Position numbers and translations under genes: made by a program. A DNA stretch of 64,000 nt, taken from Eledone cirrhosa. Taxonomy: Eukaryota. The notes beneath the pieces were generated by a model, which saw only the letters and a program-made list of their open reading frames with translations, searched no databases and was not told the origin of the DNA. The stretch lies in assembly GCA_964016885.1 (NCBI GenBank), contig OZ024755.1, positions 40,672,001-40,736,000 on the forward strand. Direction: 5' to 3'. Each line of letters opens with the position of its first letter. Position 1 is the first letter of the stretch. Of this stretch, positions 24,001-35,309 are shown piece by piece.

Positions 24001-27000
24001 TGTGTGTGCTAGGTGTGTGCTAGGTGTGTGCTAGGTGTGTCCTAGGTGTGTGTGCTAGGTGTGTGTGCTAGGTGTGTGCTAGGTGTGTGCTAGGTGTGTG
24101 CTAGGTGTGTGTGCTAGGTGTGTGCTAGGTGTGTGCTAGGTGTGTGTGCTAGGTGTGTGCTAGGTGTGTGCTAGGTGTGTGCTAGGTGTGTGTGCTAGGT
24201 GTGTGTGCTAGGTGTGTGTGCTAGGTGTGTGTGCTAGCTGTGTGCTAGGTGTGTGTGCTAGCTGTGTGCTAGGTGTGTGTGCTAGGTGTGTGTGCTATGT
24301 GTGTGCTAGGTGTGTGTGCTAGGTGTGTGCTAGGTGTGTGTGCTAGGTGTGTGTGCTAGGTGTGTGCTTGGTGTGTGCTAGGTGTGTGCTAGGTGTGTGT
24401 GCTAGCTGTGTGTGCTATGTGTGTGCTAGGTGTGTGTGCTAGGTGTGTCCTAAGTGTGTGCTAGGTGTGTGTGCTAGGTGTGTGCTAGGTGTGTGCTAGG
24501 TGTGTGTGCTAGGTGTGTGCTATGTGTTGTGCTAGGTGTGTGCTAGGTGTGTGCTAGGTGTGTGTGCTAGGTGTGTGCTAGGTGTGTGTGCTAGGTGTGT
24601 GCTAGCTGTGTGTGCTAGGTGTGTGCTAGGTGTGTGCTAAGTGTGTGCTAGGTGTGTGTGCTAGGTGTGTGCTAGTTGTGTGCTAGGTGTGTGCTAGGTG
24701 TGTGTGCTAGGTGTGTGCTGGGTGTGTGCTAAGTGTGTGCTAGGTGTGTGTGCTAGGTGTGTGTGCTAGGTGTGTGCTATGTGTGTGCTAAATGTGTGCT
24801 AGGTGTGTGTGCTAGGTGTGTGTGCTAGGTGTGTGCTAGGTGTGTGCTAGGTGTGTGTGCTAGGTGTGTGCTAGGTGTGTGCTAGGTGTGTGCTAGGTGT
24901 GTGTGCTAGGTGTGTGTGCTAGGTGTGTGTGCTAGGTGTGTGCTAGGTGTGTGCTAGGTGTGTGCTAGGTGTGTGTGCTAGGTGTGTGCTAGGTGTGTGC
25001 TAGGTGTGTGTGCTAGGTGTGTGCTAGGTGTGTGCTAGGTGTGTGTGCTAGGTGTGTGCTAGGTGTGTGTGCTAGGTGTGTGTGCTAGCTGTGTGCTAGG
25101 TGTGTGTCCTAGGTGTGTGCTAGGTGTGTGTGCTAGGTGTGTGTGCTAGGTGTGTGTGCTAGGTGTGTGCTAGGTGTGTGTGCTAGGTGTGTGTGCTAGG
25201 TGTGTGCTTGGTGTGTGCTAGGTGTGTGTTAGGTGTGTGTGCTAGGTGTGTGTGCTATGTGTGTGCTAGGTGTGTGTGCTAGGTGTGTGCTAAGTGTGTG
25301 CTAGGTGTGTGTGCTAGGTGTGTGTGCTAGGTGTGTGCTAGGTGTGTGCTAGGTGTGTGCTAGGTGTGTGTGCTAGGTGTGTGCTAGCTGTGTGTGCTAG
25401 GTGTGTGCTAGGTGTGTGCTAAGTGTGTGCTAGGTGTGTGTGCTAGGTGTGTGTGCTAGGTGTGTGCTAGGTGTGTGCTAGGTGTGTTCTAGGTGTGTGT
25501 GCTAGGTGTGTGCTAGGTGTGTGCTAAGTGTGTGCTAGGTGTGCGTGCTAGGTGTGTGTGCTAGGTGTGTGCTAGGTGTGTGCTAAGTGTGTGCTAGGTG
25601 TGTGTGCTAGGTGTGTGTGCTAGGTGTGTGCTAGGTGTGTGCTAGGTGTGTGTGCTAGGTGTGTGCTAGGTGTGTGCTAGGTGTGTCCTAGGTGTGTGTG
25701 CTAGGTGTGTGTGCTAGGTGTGTGCTAGGTGTGTGCTAGGTGTGTGCTAGGTGTGTGTGCTAGGTGTGTGCTAGGTGTGTGCTAGGTGTGTGTGCTAGGT
25801 GTGTGCTAGGTGTGTGCTAGGTGTGTGCTAGGTGTGTGTGCTAGGAGTGTGTGCTAGGTGTGTGTGCTAGGTGTGTGTGCTAGCTGTGTGCTAGGTGTGT
25901 GTGCTAGGTGTGTGTGCTATGTGTGTGCTAGGTGTGTGTGCTAGGTGTGTGCTAGGTGTGTGTGCTAGGTGTGTGTGCTAGGTGTGTGCTTGGTGTGTGC
26001 TAGGTGTGTGCTAGGTGTGTGTGCTAGGTGTGTGTGCTATGTGTGTGCTAGGTGTGTGTGCTAGGTGTGTGCTAAGTGTGTGCTAGGTGTGTGTGCTAGG
26101 TGTGTGCTAGGTGTGTGCTAGGTGTGTGTGCTAGGTGTGTGCCATGTGTTGTGCTAGGTGTGTGCTAGGTGTGTGCTAGGTGTGTGTGCTAGGTGTGTGC
26201 TAGGTGTGTGTGCTAGGTGTGTGCTAGCTGTGTGTGCTACGTGTGTGCTAGGTGTGTGCTAAGTGTGTGCTAGGTGTGTGTGCTAGGTGTGTGTGCTAGG
26301 TGTGTGCTAGGTGTGTGCTAGGTGTGTGTGCTAGGTGTGTGCTAGGTGTGTGCTAAGTGTGTGCTAGGTGTGTGTGCTAGGTGTGTGTGCTAGGTGTGTG
26401 CTATGTGTGTGGTAAATGTGTGCTAGGTGTGTGTGCTAGGTGTGTGTGCTAGGTGTGTGCTAGGTGTGTGCTAGGTGTGTGTGCTAGGTGTGTGCTAGGT
26501 GTGTGTTAGGTTTGTGCTAGGTGTGTGTGCTAGGTGTGTGTGCTAGGTGTGTGTGCTAGGTGTGTGCTAGGTGTGTGCTAGGTGTGTGCTAGGTGTGTGT
26601 GCTAGGTGTGTGCTAGGTGTGTGCTAGGTGTGTGTGCTAGGTGTGTGCTATTTGTGTGCTAGGTGTGTGTGCTAGGTGTGTGCTAGGTGTGTGTGCTAGG
26701 TGTGTGTGCTAGCTGTGTGCTAGGTGTGTGTCCTAGGTGTGTGCTAGGTGTGTGTGCTAGGTGTGTGTGCTATGTGTGTGCTAGGTGTGTGTGCTAGGTG
26801 TGTGTGCTAGGTGTGTGTGCTAGGTGTGTGCTTGGTGTGTGCTAGGTGTGTGTTAGGTGTGTGTGCTAGGTGTGTGCTAGGTGTGTGCTAAGTGTGTGCT
26901 AGGTGTGCGTGCTAGGTGTGTGTGCTAGGTGTGTGCTAGGTGTGTGCTAAGTGTGTGCTAGGTGTGTGTGCTAGGTGTGTGTGCTAGGTGTGTGCTAGGT

Positions 27001-30000
27001 GTGTGCTAGGTGTGTGTGCTAGGTGTGTGCTAGGTGTGTGCTAGGTGTGTCCTAGGTGTGTGTGCTAGGTGTGTGTGCTAGGTGTGTGCTAGGTGTGTGC
27101 TAGGTGTGTGCTAGGTGTGTGTGCTAGGTGTGTGCTAGGTGTGTGCTAGGTGTGTGTGCTAGGTGTGTGCTAGGTGTGTGCTAGGTGTGTGCTAGGTGTG
27201 TGTGCTAGGTGTGTGTGCTAGGTGTGTGTGCTAGGTGTGTGTGCTAGCTGTGTGCTAGGTGTGTGTGCTAGCTGTGTGCTAGGTGTGTGTGCTAGGTGTG
27301 TGTGCTATGTGTGTGCTAGGTGTGTGTGCTAGGTGTGTGCTAGGTGTGTGTGCTAGGTGTGTGTGCTAGGTGTGTGCTTGGTGTGTGCTAGGTGTGTGCT
27401 AGGTGTGTGTGCTAGCTGTGTGTGCTATGTGTGTGCTAGGTGTGTGTGCTAGGTGTGTCCTAAGTGTGTGCTAGGTGTGTGTGCTAGGTGTGTGCTAGGT
27501 GTGTGCTAGGTGTGTGTGCTAGGTGTGTGCTATGTGTTGTGCTAGGTGTGTGCTAGGTGTGTGCTAGGTGTGTGTGCTAGGTGTGTGCTAGGTGTGTGTG
27601 CTAGGTGTGTGCTAGCTGTGTGTGCTAGGTGTGTGCTAGGTGTGTGCTAAGTGTGTGCTAGGTGTGTGTGCTAGGTGTGTGCTAGTTGTGTGCTAGGTGT
27701 GTGCTAGGTGTGTGTGCTAGGTGTGTGCTGGGTGTGTGCTAAGTGTGTGCTAGGTGTGTGTGCTAGGTGTGTGTGCTAGGTGTGTGCTATGTGTGTGCTA
27801 AATGTGTGCTAGGTGTGTGTGCTAGGTGTGTGTGCTAGGTGTGTGCTAGGTGTGTGCTAGGTGTGTGTGCTAGGTGTGTGCTAGGTGTGTGCTAGGTGTG
27901 TGCTAGGTGTGTGTGCTAGGTGTGTGTGCTAGGTGTGTGTGCTAGGTGTGTGCTAGGTGTGTGCTAGGTGTGTGCTAGGTGTGTGTGCTAGGTGTGTGCT
28001 AGGTGTGTGCTAGGTGTGTGTGCTAGGTGTGTGCTAGGTGTGTGCTAGGTGTGTGTGCTAGGTGTGTGCTAGGTGTGTGTGCTAGGTGTGTGTGCTAGCT
28101 GTGTGCTAGGTGTGTGTCCTAGGTGTGTGCTAGGTGTGTGTGCTAGGTGTGTGTGCTAGGTGTGTGTGCTAGGTGTGTGCTAGGTGTGTGTGCTAGGTGT
28201 GTGTGCTAGGTGTGTGCTTGGTGTGTGCTAGGTGTGTGTTAGGTGTGTGTGCTAGGTGTGTGTGCTATGTGTGTGCTAGGTGTGTGTGCTAGGTGTGTGC
28301 TAAGTGTGTGCTAGGTGTGTGTGCTAGGTGTGTGTGCTAGGTGTGTGCTAGGTGTGTGCTAGGTGTGTGCTAGGTGTGTGTGCTAGGTGTGTGCTAGCTG
28401 TGTGTGCTAGGTGTGTGCTAGGTGTGTGCTAAGTGTGTGCTAGGTGTGTGTGCTAGGTGTGTGTGCTAGGTGTGTGCTAGGTGTGTGCTAGGTGTGTGCT
28501 AGGTGTGTGTGCTAGGTGTGTGCTAGGTGTGTGCTAAGTGTGTGCTAGGTGTGCGTGCTAGGTGTGTGTGCTAGGTGTGTGCTAGGTGTGTGCTAAGTGT
28601 GTGCTAGGTGTGTGTGCTAGGTGTGTGTGCTAGGTGTGTGCTAGGTGTGTGCTAGGTGTGTGTGCTAGGTGTGTGCTAGGTGTGTGCTAGGTGTGTCCTA
28701 GGTGTGTGTGCTAGGTGTGTGTGCTAGGTGTGTGCTAGGTGTGTGCTAGGTGTGTGCTAGGTGTGTGTGCTAGGTGTGTGCTAGGTGTGTGCTAGGTGTG
28801 TGTGCTAGGTGTGTGCTAGGTGTGTGCTAGGTGTGTGCTAGGTGTGTGTGCTAGGAGTGTGTGCTAGGTGTGTGTGCTAGGTGTGTGTGCTAGCTGTGTG
28901 CTAGGTGTGTGTGCTAGGTGTGTGTGCTATGTGTGTGCTAGGTGTGTGTGCTAGGTGTGTGCTAGGTGTGTGTGCTAGGTGTGTGTGCTAGGTGTGTGCT
29001 TGGTGTGTGCTAGGTGTGTGCTAGGTGTGTGTGCTAGGTGTGTGTGCTATGTGTGTGCTAGGTGTGTGTGCTAGGTGTGTGCTAAGTGTGTGCTAGGTGT
29101 GTGTGCTAGGTGTGTGCTAGGTGTGTGCTAGGTGTGTGTGCTAGGTGTGTGCCATGTGTTGTGCTAGGTGTGTGCTAGGTGTGTGCTAGGTGTGTGTGCT
29201 AGGTGTGTGCTAGGTGTGTGTGCTAGGTGTGTGCTAGCTGTGTGTGCTACGTGTGTGCTAGGTGTGTGCTAAGTGTGTGCTAGGTGTGTGTGCTAGGTGT
29301 GTGTGCTAGGTGTGTGCTAGGTGTGTGCTAGGTGTGTGTGCTAGGTGTGTGCTAGGTGTGTGCTAAGTGTGTGCTAGGTGTGTGTGCTAGGTGTGTGTGC
29401 TAGGTGTGTGCTATGTGTGTGGTAAATGTGTGCTAGGTGTGTGTGCTAGGTGTGTGTGCTAGGTGTGTGCTAGGTGTGTGCTAGGTGTGTGTGCTAGGTG
29501 TGTGCTAGGTGTGTGTTAGGTTTGTGCTAGGTGTGTGTGCTAGGTGTGTGTGCTAGGTGTGTGTGCTAGGTGTGTGCTAGGTGTGTGCTAGGTGTGTGCT
29601 AGGTGTGTGTGCTAGGTGTGTGCTAGGTGTGTGCTAGGTGTGTGTGCTAGGTGTGTGCTATTTGTGTGCTAGGTGTGTGTGCTAGGTGTGTGCTAGGTGT
29701 GTGTGCTAGGTGTGTGTGCTAGCTGTGTGCTAGGTGTGTGTCCTAGGTGTGTGCTAGGTGTGTGTGCTAGGTGTGTGTGCTATGTGTGTGCTAGGTGTGT
29801 GTGCTAGGTGTGTGTGCTAGGTGTGTGTGCTAGGTGTGTGCTTGGTGTGTGCTAGGTGTGTGTTAGGTGTGTGTGCTAGGTGTGTGTGCTATGTGTGTGC
29901 TAGGTGTGTGTGCTAGGTGTGTGCTAAGTGTGTGCTAGGTGTGTGTGCTAGGTGTGTGTGCTAGGTGTGTGCTAGGTGTGTGCTAGGTGTGTGCTAGGTG

Positions 30001-31106
30001 TGTGTGCTAGGTGTGTGCTAGCTGTGTGTGCTAGGTGTGTGCTAGGTGTGTGCTAAGTGTGTGCTAGGTGTGTGTGCTAGGTGTGTGCTAGGTGTGTGCT
30101 AGGTGTGTGCTAGGTGTGTGTGCTAGGTGTGTGCTAGGTGTGTGTTAGGTGTGTGTTCTAGGTGTGTGCTAGGTGTGTGCTAGGTGTGTGCTAGGTGTGT
30201 GTGCTAGGTGTGTGTGCTAGGTGTGTGTGCTAGGTGTGTGTGCTAGCTGTGTGCTAGGTGTGTGTGCTAGGTGTGTTCTAGGTGTGTGTGCTAGGTGTGT
30301 GTGCTATGTGTGTGCTAGGTGTGTGTGCTAGGTGTGTGCTAGGTGTGTGTGCTAGGTGTGTGTGCTAGGTGTGTGCTTGGTGTTCTAGGTGTGTGCTAGG
30401 TGTGTGTGCTAGGTGTGTGTGCTATGTGTGTGCTAGGTGTGTGTGCTAGGTGTGTGCTAAGTGTGTGCTAGGTGTGTGTGCTAGGTGTGTGTGCTAGGTG
30501 TGTGCTAGGTGTGTGTGCTAGGTGTGTGTGCTAGGTGTGTGCTAGGTGTGTGTGCTAGGTGTGTGTGCTAGGTGTGTGTGCTAGGTGTGTTCTAAGTGTG
30601 TGCTAGGTGTGTGTGCTAGGTGTGTGTGCTAGGTGTGTGCTAGGTGTGTGTGCTAGGTGTGTGTACTAGGTGTGTGTGCTATGTGTGTGCTAGGTGTGTG
30701 TGCTAGGTGTGTGCTAAGTGTGTGCTAGGTGTGTGTGCTAGGTGTGTGTGCTAGGTGTGTGCTAGGTGTGTGTGCTAGGTGTGTGTGCTAGGTGTGTGCT
30801 AGGTGTGTGTGCTAGGTGTGTGTGCTAGGTGTGTGCTAAGTGTGTGCTAGGTGTGTGTGCTAGGTGTGTGTGCTAGGTGTGTGCTAGGTGTGTGCTAGGT
30901 GTGTGTGTGCTAGGTGTGTGCTAGGTGTGTGTGCTAGGTGTGTGTGCTAGGTGTGTGCTAGGTGTGTGCTAGGTGTATGTGCTAGGTGTGTGTGCTAGGT
31001 GTGTGCTAAGTGTGTGCTAGGTGTGTGTGCTAGGTGTGTGTGCTAGGTGTGAGCTAGGTGTGTGCTAGGTGTGTGCTAGGTGTGTGTGCTAGGTGTGTGC
31101 TAGGTG
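1..31106. repeat. Satellite of CTAGGTGTGTG (11 bp) and CTAGGTGTGTGTG (13 bp) units, open at the window start
   Basis: Continuous tandem units with point variants (CTAAG, CTATG, CTAGA, GGAG, GGCG). Ends abruptly at ...gctaggtg|gggagacg. Confidence 0.98.
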
Positions 31107-31539
31107 GGGAGACGTGTGGAGGTGACATCTACCACTCTACAAATATTGAACTAAGCCAGTTTCGGCTGACATCATTAAATGTAGATTTAATAAGAGATAT
31201 TATCGATGTTTGTTTTAATCCCGGGAGACTCTCTGAGAATCTCGCCGCTAAACCAAATTATGGCAGAAACTGTGCAGTTTTTCAATAAGTGTTTCTCTCA
31301 TTTCTTTACATTGATCAATGAAACATAACATTAACCCATTTCTGTCACTTTTAAATTACTTTGTTGACTGGTTTATTGGAGGAGGAGTTCCGGGTATGCG
31401 CTTCCGTTTCTCCATTACTGATACTATCTGTCGGCTGCTACCCCTGATAGAAGGAATCGGGATTTGAACTCAGAACACACAGAGAATGCTTTATATGCAA
31501 CAATTGCCACGGTGTTGTGTCCAGCTCTCAGCATCCTCT

Positions 31540-31593
31540 GCTCAAATCTCGCCGATGTTGACTTTACTTTTCAAGGTCGATAGATAAAGTACC
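31540..31593 (+). mobile_element. Possible degenerate SINE fragment
   Basis: tcaaatctcgccgatgttgactttactttt..ggtcgatagataaagtacca resembles, from memory, an abundant octopus tRNA-derived SINE segment. Not verified by search. Confidence 0.35.
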
Positions 31594-31693
31594 AATCTAG
31601 AGTTTGGGATTGTAAAATAGCTTACATTAGGAAGCTGATCCAGCAGTAGAAAACTTGGAATGTTCAGTTTGTATTAAGTACACAACGTCTCTA

Positions 31694-31748
31694 GTGGTGG
31701 TGGTGGTGGTGGTGGTGGTGTTGAAGGTGGCACTAACGGTGGTGGTGG
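31694..31748. repeat. Interrupted (GGT)n microsatellite
   Basis: Direct reading. Confidence 0.85.
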
Positions 31749-32141
31749 AATATGAAAGACAGACCAGCATTTGAATGTGGGAACCCTGACCAGACAGTAC
31801 TGCATGTTGTTCGGGATTGATATAAATTATTAGGCCTCCATAGGTAAAAATCCAGTGCTGGGTAGGGGGCACAATTTCGCAGCTTGCCATAGGAGCTATT
31901 TTCCCTAGTTATGCCTCTGGGTGTAGCGGGTACCACTGGCTGTTGTCTGTGCAAATACTTTCGCCATGTTGTACACTGGACATAGCTGAGATATACCTCC
32001 CATTACCGGAAGTAGAGTTTACATCTCCCACTCTCCTTCTCCCTCTTCTTCTCCAAAACAACAAAATATATGAAACATATTAATGAGGTTTCTAAAATAA
32101 AACAATTAGGATTAATTAGTTATAACTGTACAAAGTAAAAG

Positions 32142-32152
32142 AAAAAAAAAAA
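32142..32152 (-). terminator. RNA Pol III oligo-T terminator of the tRNA gene
   Basis: T11 on the minus strand, 7 nt after the tRNA 3' end. Confidence 0.8.
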
Positions 32153-32159
32153 GTCAGAA

Positions 32160-32246
32160 TCTCGCGAGACGGATTCGAACCATCGACCTAAGGATGACAG
32201 TTAACTCCACTACAGTCCTCCGCTCTGCCAACTGAGCTATCGCGAG
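32160..32246 (-). tRNA. tRNA-Tyr: tRNA-Tyr(GTA) with a 14-nt intron (32196-32209)
   Basis: Minus strand reads CTCGCGA TAGCTCAGTTGGCAGAGC G GAGGA CTGTAG [tggagttaactgtc] A TCCTT AGGTC GATGG TTCGAAT CCGTC TCGCGAG A. It has a 7-bp acceptor stem, C1:G72 and A73, A and B boxes, and the intron at the canonical 37/38 position. Confidence 0.96.
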
Positions 32247-32359
32247 TTCTTACGTTAGTGTATAAAATTAAACTATATTACTGTATAACCTGATGTGGTC
32301 ACGTGGACTTTGGAGTTTATGTGAGAATAATACATTGAATCTATTACGTCATAAGTACT

Positions 32360-32487
32360 TTATATACATATACTTGTATATGTGTATGTACATGTATACA
32401 CATACACATATATACACACACATATACACACACACACATACACACACACACACGCACACATACATACACACACATACACACACACAT

Positions 32488-32564
<77 letters not shown>

Positions 32565-32572
32565 TATATAGA
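32360..32572. repeat. Compound (TA)/(CA)n microsatellite
   Basis: Direct reading. Confidence 0.95.
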
Positions 32573-32662
32573 GAGATAAGTTTACCCCGGGTTCAATCGG
32601 GGGTAAGCACAGTAAATAAGGTACTCAATACATAGCAGAGTATAAATATTTAATATAGAAAT

Positions 32663-32712
32663 GGCTTCTACAGGACAAGAAATGTTTCATTCGGAGAAAT
32701 CATCAGGAGGCT
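32663..32712 (-). ncRNA. Type I hammerhead ribozyme (family A)
   Basis: GCCTC CTGATGA T-TTC TCC GAA-T GAAA CA tttcttgtcc TG TA| GAAGC. Core intact, one stem I mismatch, U-U at the base of stem II. Confidence 0.72.
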
Positions 32713-32759
32713 TCCTGATCATTTCTCCCGAATGAAACAGTTCTAGTCCTGTAGAAGCC
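32709..32759 (+). ncRNA. Type I hammerhead ribozyme, core mutated (CUGAUCA)
   Basis: Stem I GGCTTC/GAAGCC, stem III ACAG/CTGT, GUA site. G8->C probably inactivates it. Confidence 0.65.
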
Positions 32760-32773
32760 TTTCTATATTATAT

Positions 32774-32837
<64 letters not shown>

Positions 32838-32840
<3 letters not shown>

Positions 32841-33014
32841 AAAATGTTTAACCACGACGGCAGAGCTCAAGCCGTTTCGACGGCTATTTCTGGAGTCCAG
32901 AAATAGCCGTCGAATCGGGGTTAAACATTTTCCCATTACCCACTCTACTACCCCAAGTATTGAGTACTCTGGTGCGTTATGGTCCACCTGGTTCCTTACC
33001 ACACTTCCTTCGTT
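32838..33014 (+). mobile_element. Family B element with a fold-back 5' end and half-hammerhead
   Basis: Hairpin centred at 32895. Minus-strand GAAACGGC..GCCGTC at 32856-32878. Homologous to 33135-33249 and 39282-39482. Flanked by (TA)n. Confidence 0.75.
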
Positions 33015-33037
33015 ATATATATATTTATATATATATA

Positions 33038-33134
<97 letters not shown>

Positions 33135-33135
<1 letters not shown>

Positions 33136-33249
33136 ACGAAGGAAATGTGGTAAGGAACCAGGTGGACCATAACGCACCAAAGTACTCAATACTTGGGGTA
33201 GTAGAGTGGGTAATGGGAACCGGTAAGACCCCGGTAAGACCGGTTCCTA
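33135..33249 (-). mobile_element. Family B 3' fragment, tail-to-tail with the previous copy across (TA)n
   Basis: 33135-33218 is the reverse complement of about 32931-33014. Confidence 0.8.
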
Positions 33250-33389
33250 TATATATATACAGTGAGATTAATGTATAAAGTTATCTCTAATGCTTAGACA
33301 TCTCAATGAAATGATAAGATATATTAATAAATCATCTACTCAGACAAGTAATTAAAATAAGATGGTTTTACTCATATATATATTAATTA

Positions 33390-33448
33390 ATTTATTAAAA
33401 TAATAGATTAAAGTTTAAGCAAAGAATCGCTGCTTTCACCCTTAACGG
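33390..33448 (-). mobile_element. Family D fragment
   Basis: Near-identical to 34912-34970. Confidence 0.7.
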
Positions 33449-33490
33449 TATTACTATATATATACATATACATATGTGTGAGTGTGTGTG

Positions 33491-33531
<41 letters not shown>

Positions 33532-33640
33532 TATGACACACTCACTCACACATATGTGTATGTATGTGTATGTATATATATATATATATATGTATATATA
33601 CGATATTAATAAATGGAAACTATATTTATAAAACCATATT

Positions 33641-33705
33641 TATTTCATTATACATATTTCAGGGATACCACATTAAATTATGATATGCCTTCATCAGACA
33701 AAATA
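33641..33705 (-). ncRNA. Minimal type I hammerhead ribozyme (family C)
   Basis: TATTTTGT CTGATGA AGGCATATCAT..GTGGTATCCCT GAAA TATGTA TA| ATGAAATA. 8-bp stem I with G-U pairs, long stem II, near-palindromic loop III. Confidence 0.82.
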
Positions 33706-33813
33706 CAATATATAACAGTTTTACAAATAAGCTTTGACGTACCCTTTTAAAATGCAACCATTATTTTAAATAGAACTTTTGCATATATGTATATATATAT
33801 ATATATATATAAT

Positions 33814-33887
<74 letters not shown>

Positions 33888-33941
33888 GATTTAACACTTC
33901 ACTGCTCACAAGTGTTTTTTAAGCTTCATATCATGTTTCCC

Positions 33942-34012
33942 TATTTTATCTGATGTGAACGCAAATATCATCCCATGATGATATTTGTTTTTGAAATGCG
34001 CATAATAAAATA
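33942..34012 (+). ncRNA. Minimal type I hammerhead ribozyme, A9U variant (family C-like)
   Basis: TATTTTAT CTGATGT GAACGCAAATATCATC ccat GATGATATTTGTTTTT GAAA TGCGCA TA| ATAAAATA. Perfect 8-bp stem I, palindromic TGCGCA loop. Confidence 0.75.
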
Positions 34013-34038
34013 CATGGAACTCTTTTAACCATCTTCTG

Positions 34039-34087
<49 letters not shown>

Positions 34088-34229
34088 AGTTTATGTTGGT
34101 TGTATACCAACACCTCAGTATGCAGGCTGGAGCACTCGACGAGGTGCGCAGGTTGGTTTGGTTACTCCGGAGTAGTGTAAAATAAAGTTAAATAAAAAGT
34201 CAAATGATTAAAATTTAGCTTCGTTTATT

Positions 34230-34284
34230 ACTGCTATATATATTTCAGTGACAGCCATCTTTGGCTGTGACCTCTTCAGGCAGT
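34230..34284 (-). ncRNA. Minimal type I hammerhead ribozyme (family E)
   Basis: Reverse complement of 34487-34541. Confidence 0.85.
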
Positions 34285-34486
34285 TTGAATTAGTATGGTA
34301 TAGACAAGTACATATGTTGTTTAGGTGTATAATATTGTCAATACTCTGATATGCCCAGGAACTGGAGTCATATGACTCCAGTTCCTCAGTGAAATAACAA
34401 CCCAACAAGGAACTGGGCATATCAGAGTATTGACAATATTATACACCTAAACAACATATGTACTTGTCTAAACCATACTAATTCAA

Positions 34487-34541
34487 ACTGCCTGAAGAGG
34501 TCACAGCCAAAGATGGCTGTCACTGAAATATATATAGCAGT
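34487..34541 (+). ncRNA. Minimal type I hammerhead ribozyme (family E)
   Basis: ACTGC CTGAAGA GGTCACAGCCA aaga TGGCTGTCACT GAAA TATATA TA| GCAGT. Predicted cleavage after 34536. Confidence 0.85.
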
Positions 34542-34585
34542 AATAAACGAAGCTAAATTTTAATCATTTGACTTTTATTTAACTT

Positions 34586-34653
<68 letters not shown>

Positions 34654-34787
34654 ATACATGTATATATATATGTGTGTGTGTATGTATGTATGTATATATA
34701 TGTGCGTACGTGTGTATATATGTATTTATATGTATGTATATGTGTACGTTTGAATGTGTGTATGCGTATGTATGCAATGCATGAGAG

Positions 34788-34826
<39 letters not shown>

Positions 34827-34910
34827 ATAATAATAAAATTAAAGACTAAAATCAAAAGAGGGCTCGATAAGGATAGATATATATCAAATATATAAGAACC
34901 GTAGAGCAAA

Positions 34911-35105
34911 TATTTATTAAAATAACAGATTAAAGTTTAAGCAAAGAATCGCTGCTTTCACCCTTAACGGGATCTTCTGAAACTAACAAAGTCAATCTGT
35001 AAACGCAGAACTGGATATTTCAAAAAACGTTGCAACCGGAGGAAGACAGGAAGACGATACTTTGAAAGCAGCGATTCTTTGCTTAAACTTTAATCTGTTA
35101 TTTTA

Positions 35106-35112
<7 letters not shown>
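34911..35112. mobile_element. Family D inverted element with a degenerate hammerhead-like motif
   Basis: Arms 34911-34960 / 35063-35112. Minus strand CAGAAGA T-CCC GTTAA GGG-T GAAA at 34956-34979. Stems I and III are not recognisable. Confidence 0.6.
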
Positions 35113-35134
<22 letters not shown>

Positions 35135-35136
<2 letters not shown>

Positions 35137-35309
35137 GAAGTGGTTACACAACAGTTAGTTCACTATACCATTACGAGCTGAGGATCGGCTAAGGTGAAAC
35201 AATTGTTCTCGGTATGGTGAACTAACTGTTGTGTAACCACTTCTACCTAACTCGTCCCATGGACTGAGTGCTCTACTACTACGGATATTACCTTCCAGTG
35301 TTCTACCAC

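Larger units (their letters stand above)
32573..32771. mobile_element. Hammerhead element, family A: long minus arm plus short inverted plus arm
   Basis: Imperfect palindrome 32651-32770 centred near 32711. 32573-32707 is the reverse complement of 36708-36842. Confidence 0.8.
34086..34593. mobile_element. Hammerhead element, family E, with 181-bp inverted arms (34178-34358 / 34413-34593)
   Basis: I see one mismatch between the arms. The minus arm has an extra ~90-nt tail to 34086. (TA)n on both sides. Confidence 0.85.

Noticed and set aside
1-31106. Telomeric repeat interpretation
   Set aside because: The array is G/T-skewed and contains TAGG, but the 11/13-bp units are not (TTAGGG)n or (TTAGG)n and they show segmental duplications typical of satellite.
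33462-33565. Inverted repeat around a (TA)n tract
   Set aside because: It is low-complexity TA/TG sequence with no ribozyme or other motif.
34178-34593. Inverted arms as DNA-transposon TIRs or miRNA precursors
   Set aside because: The arms are asymmetric, ends differ between copies of the repeated families, and the hammerhead polarity is consistent. A retro-type inversion fits better, although hairpin RNAs are not excluded.
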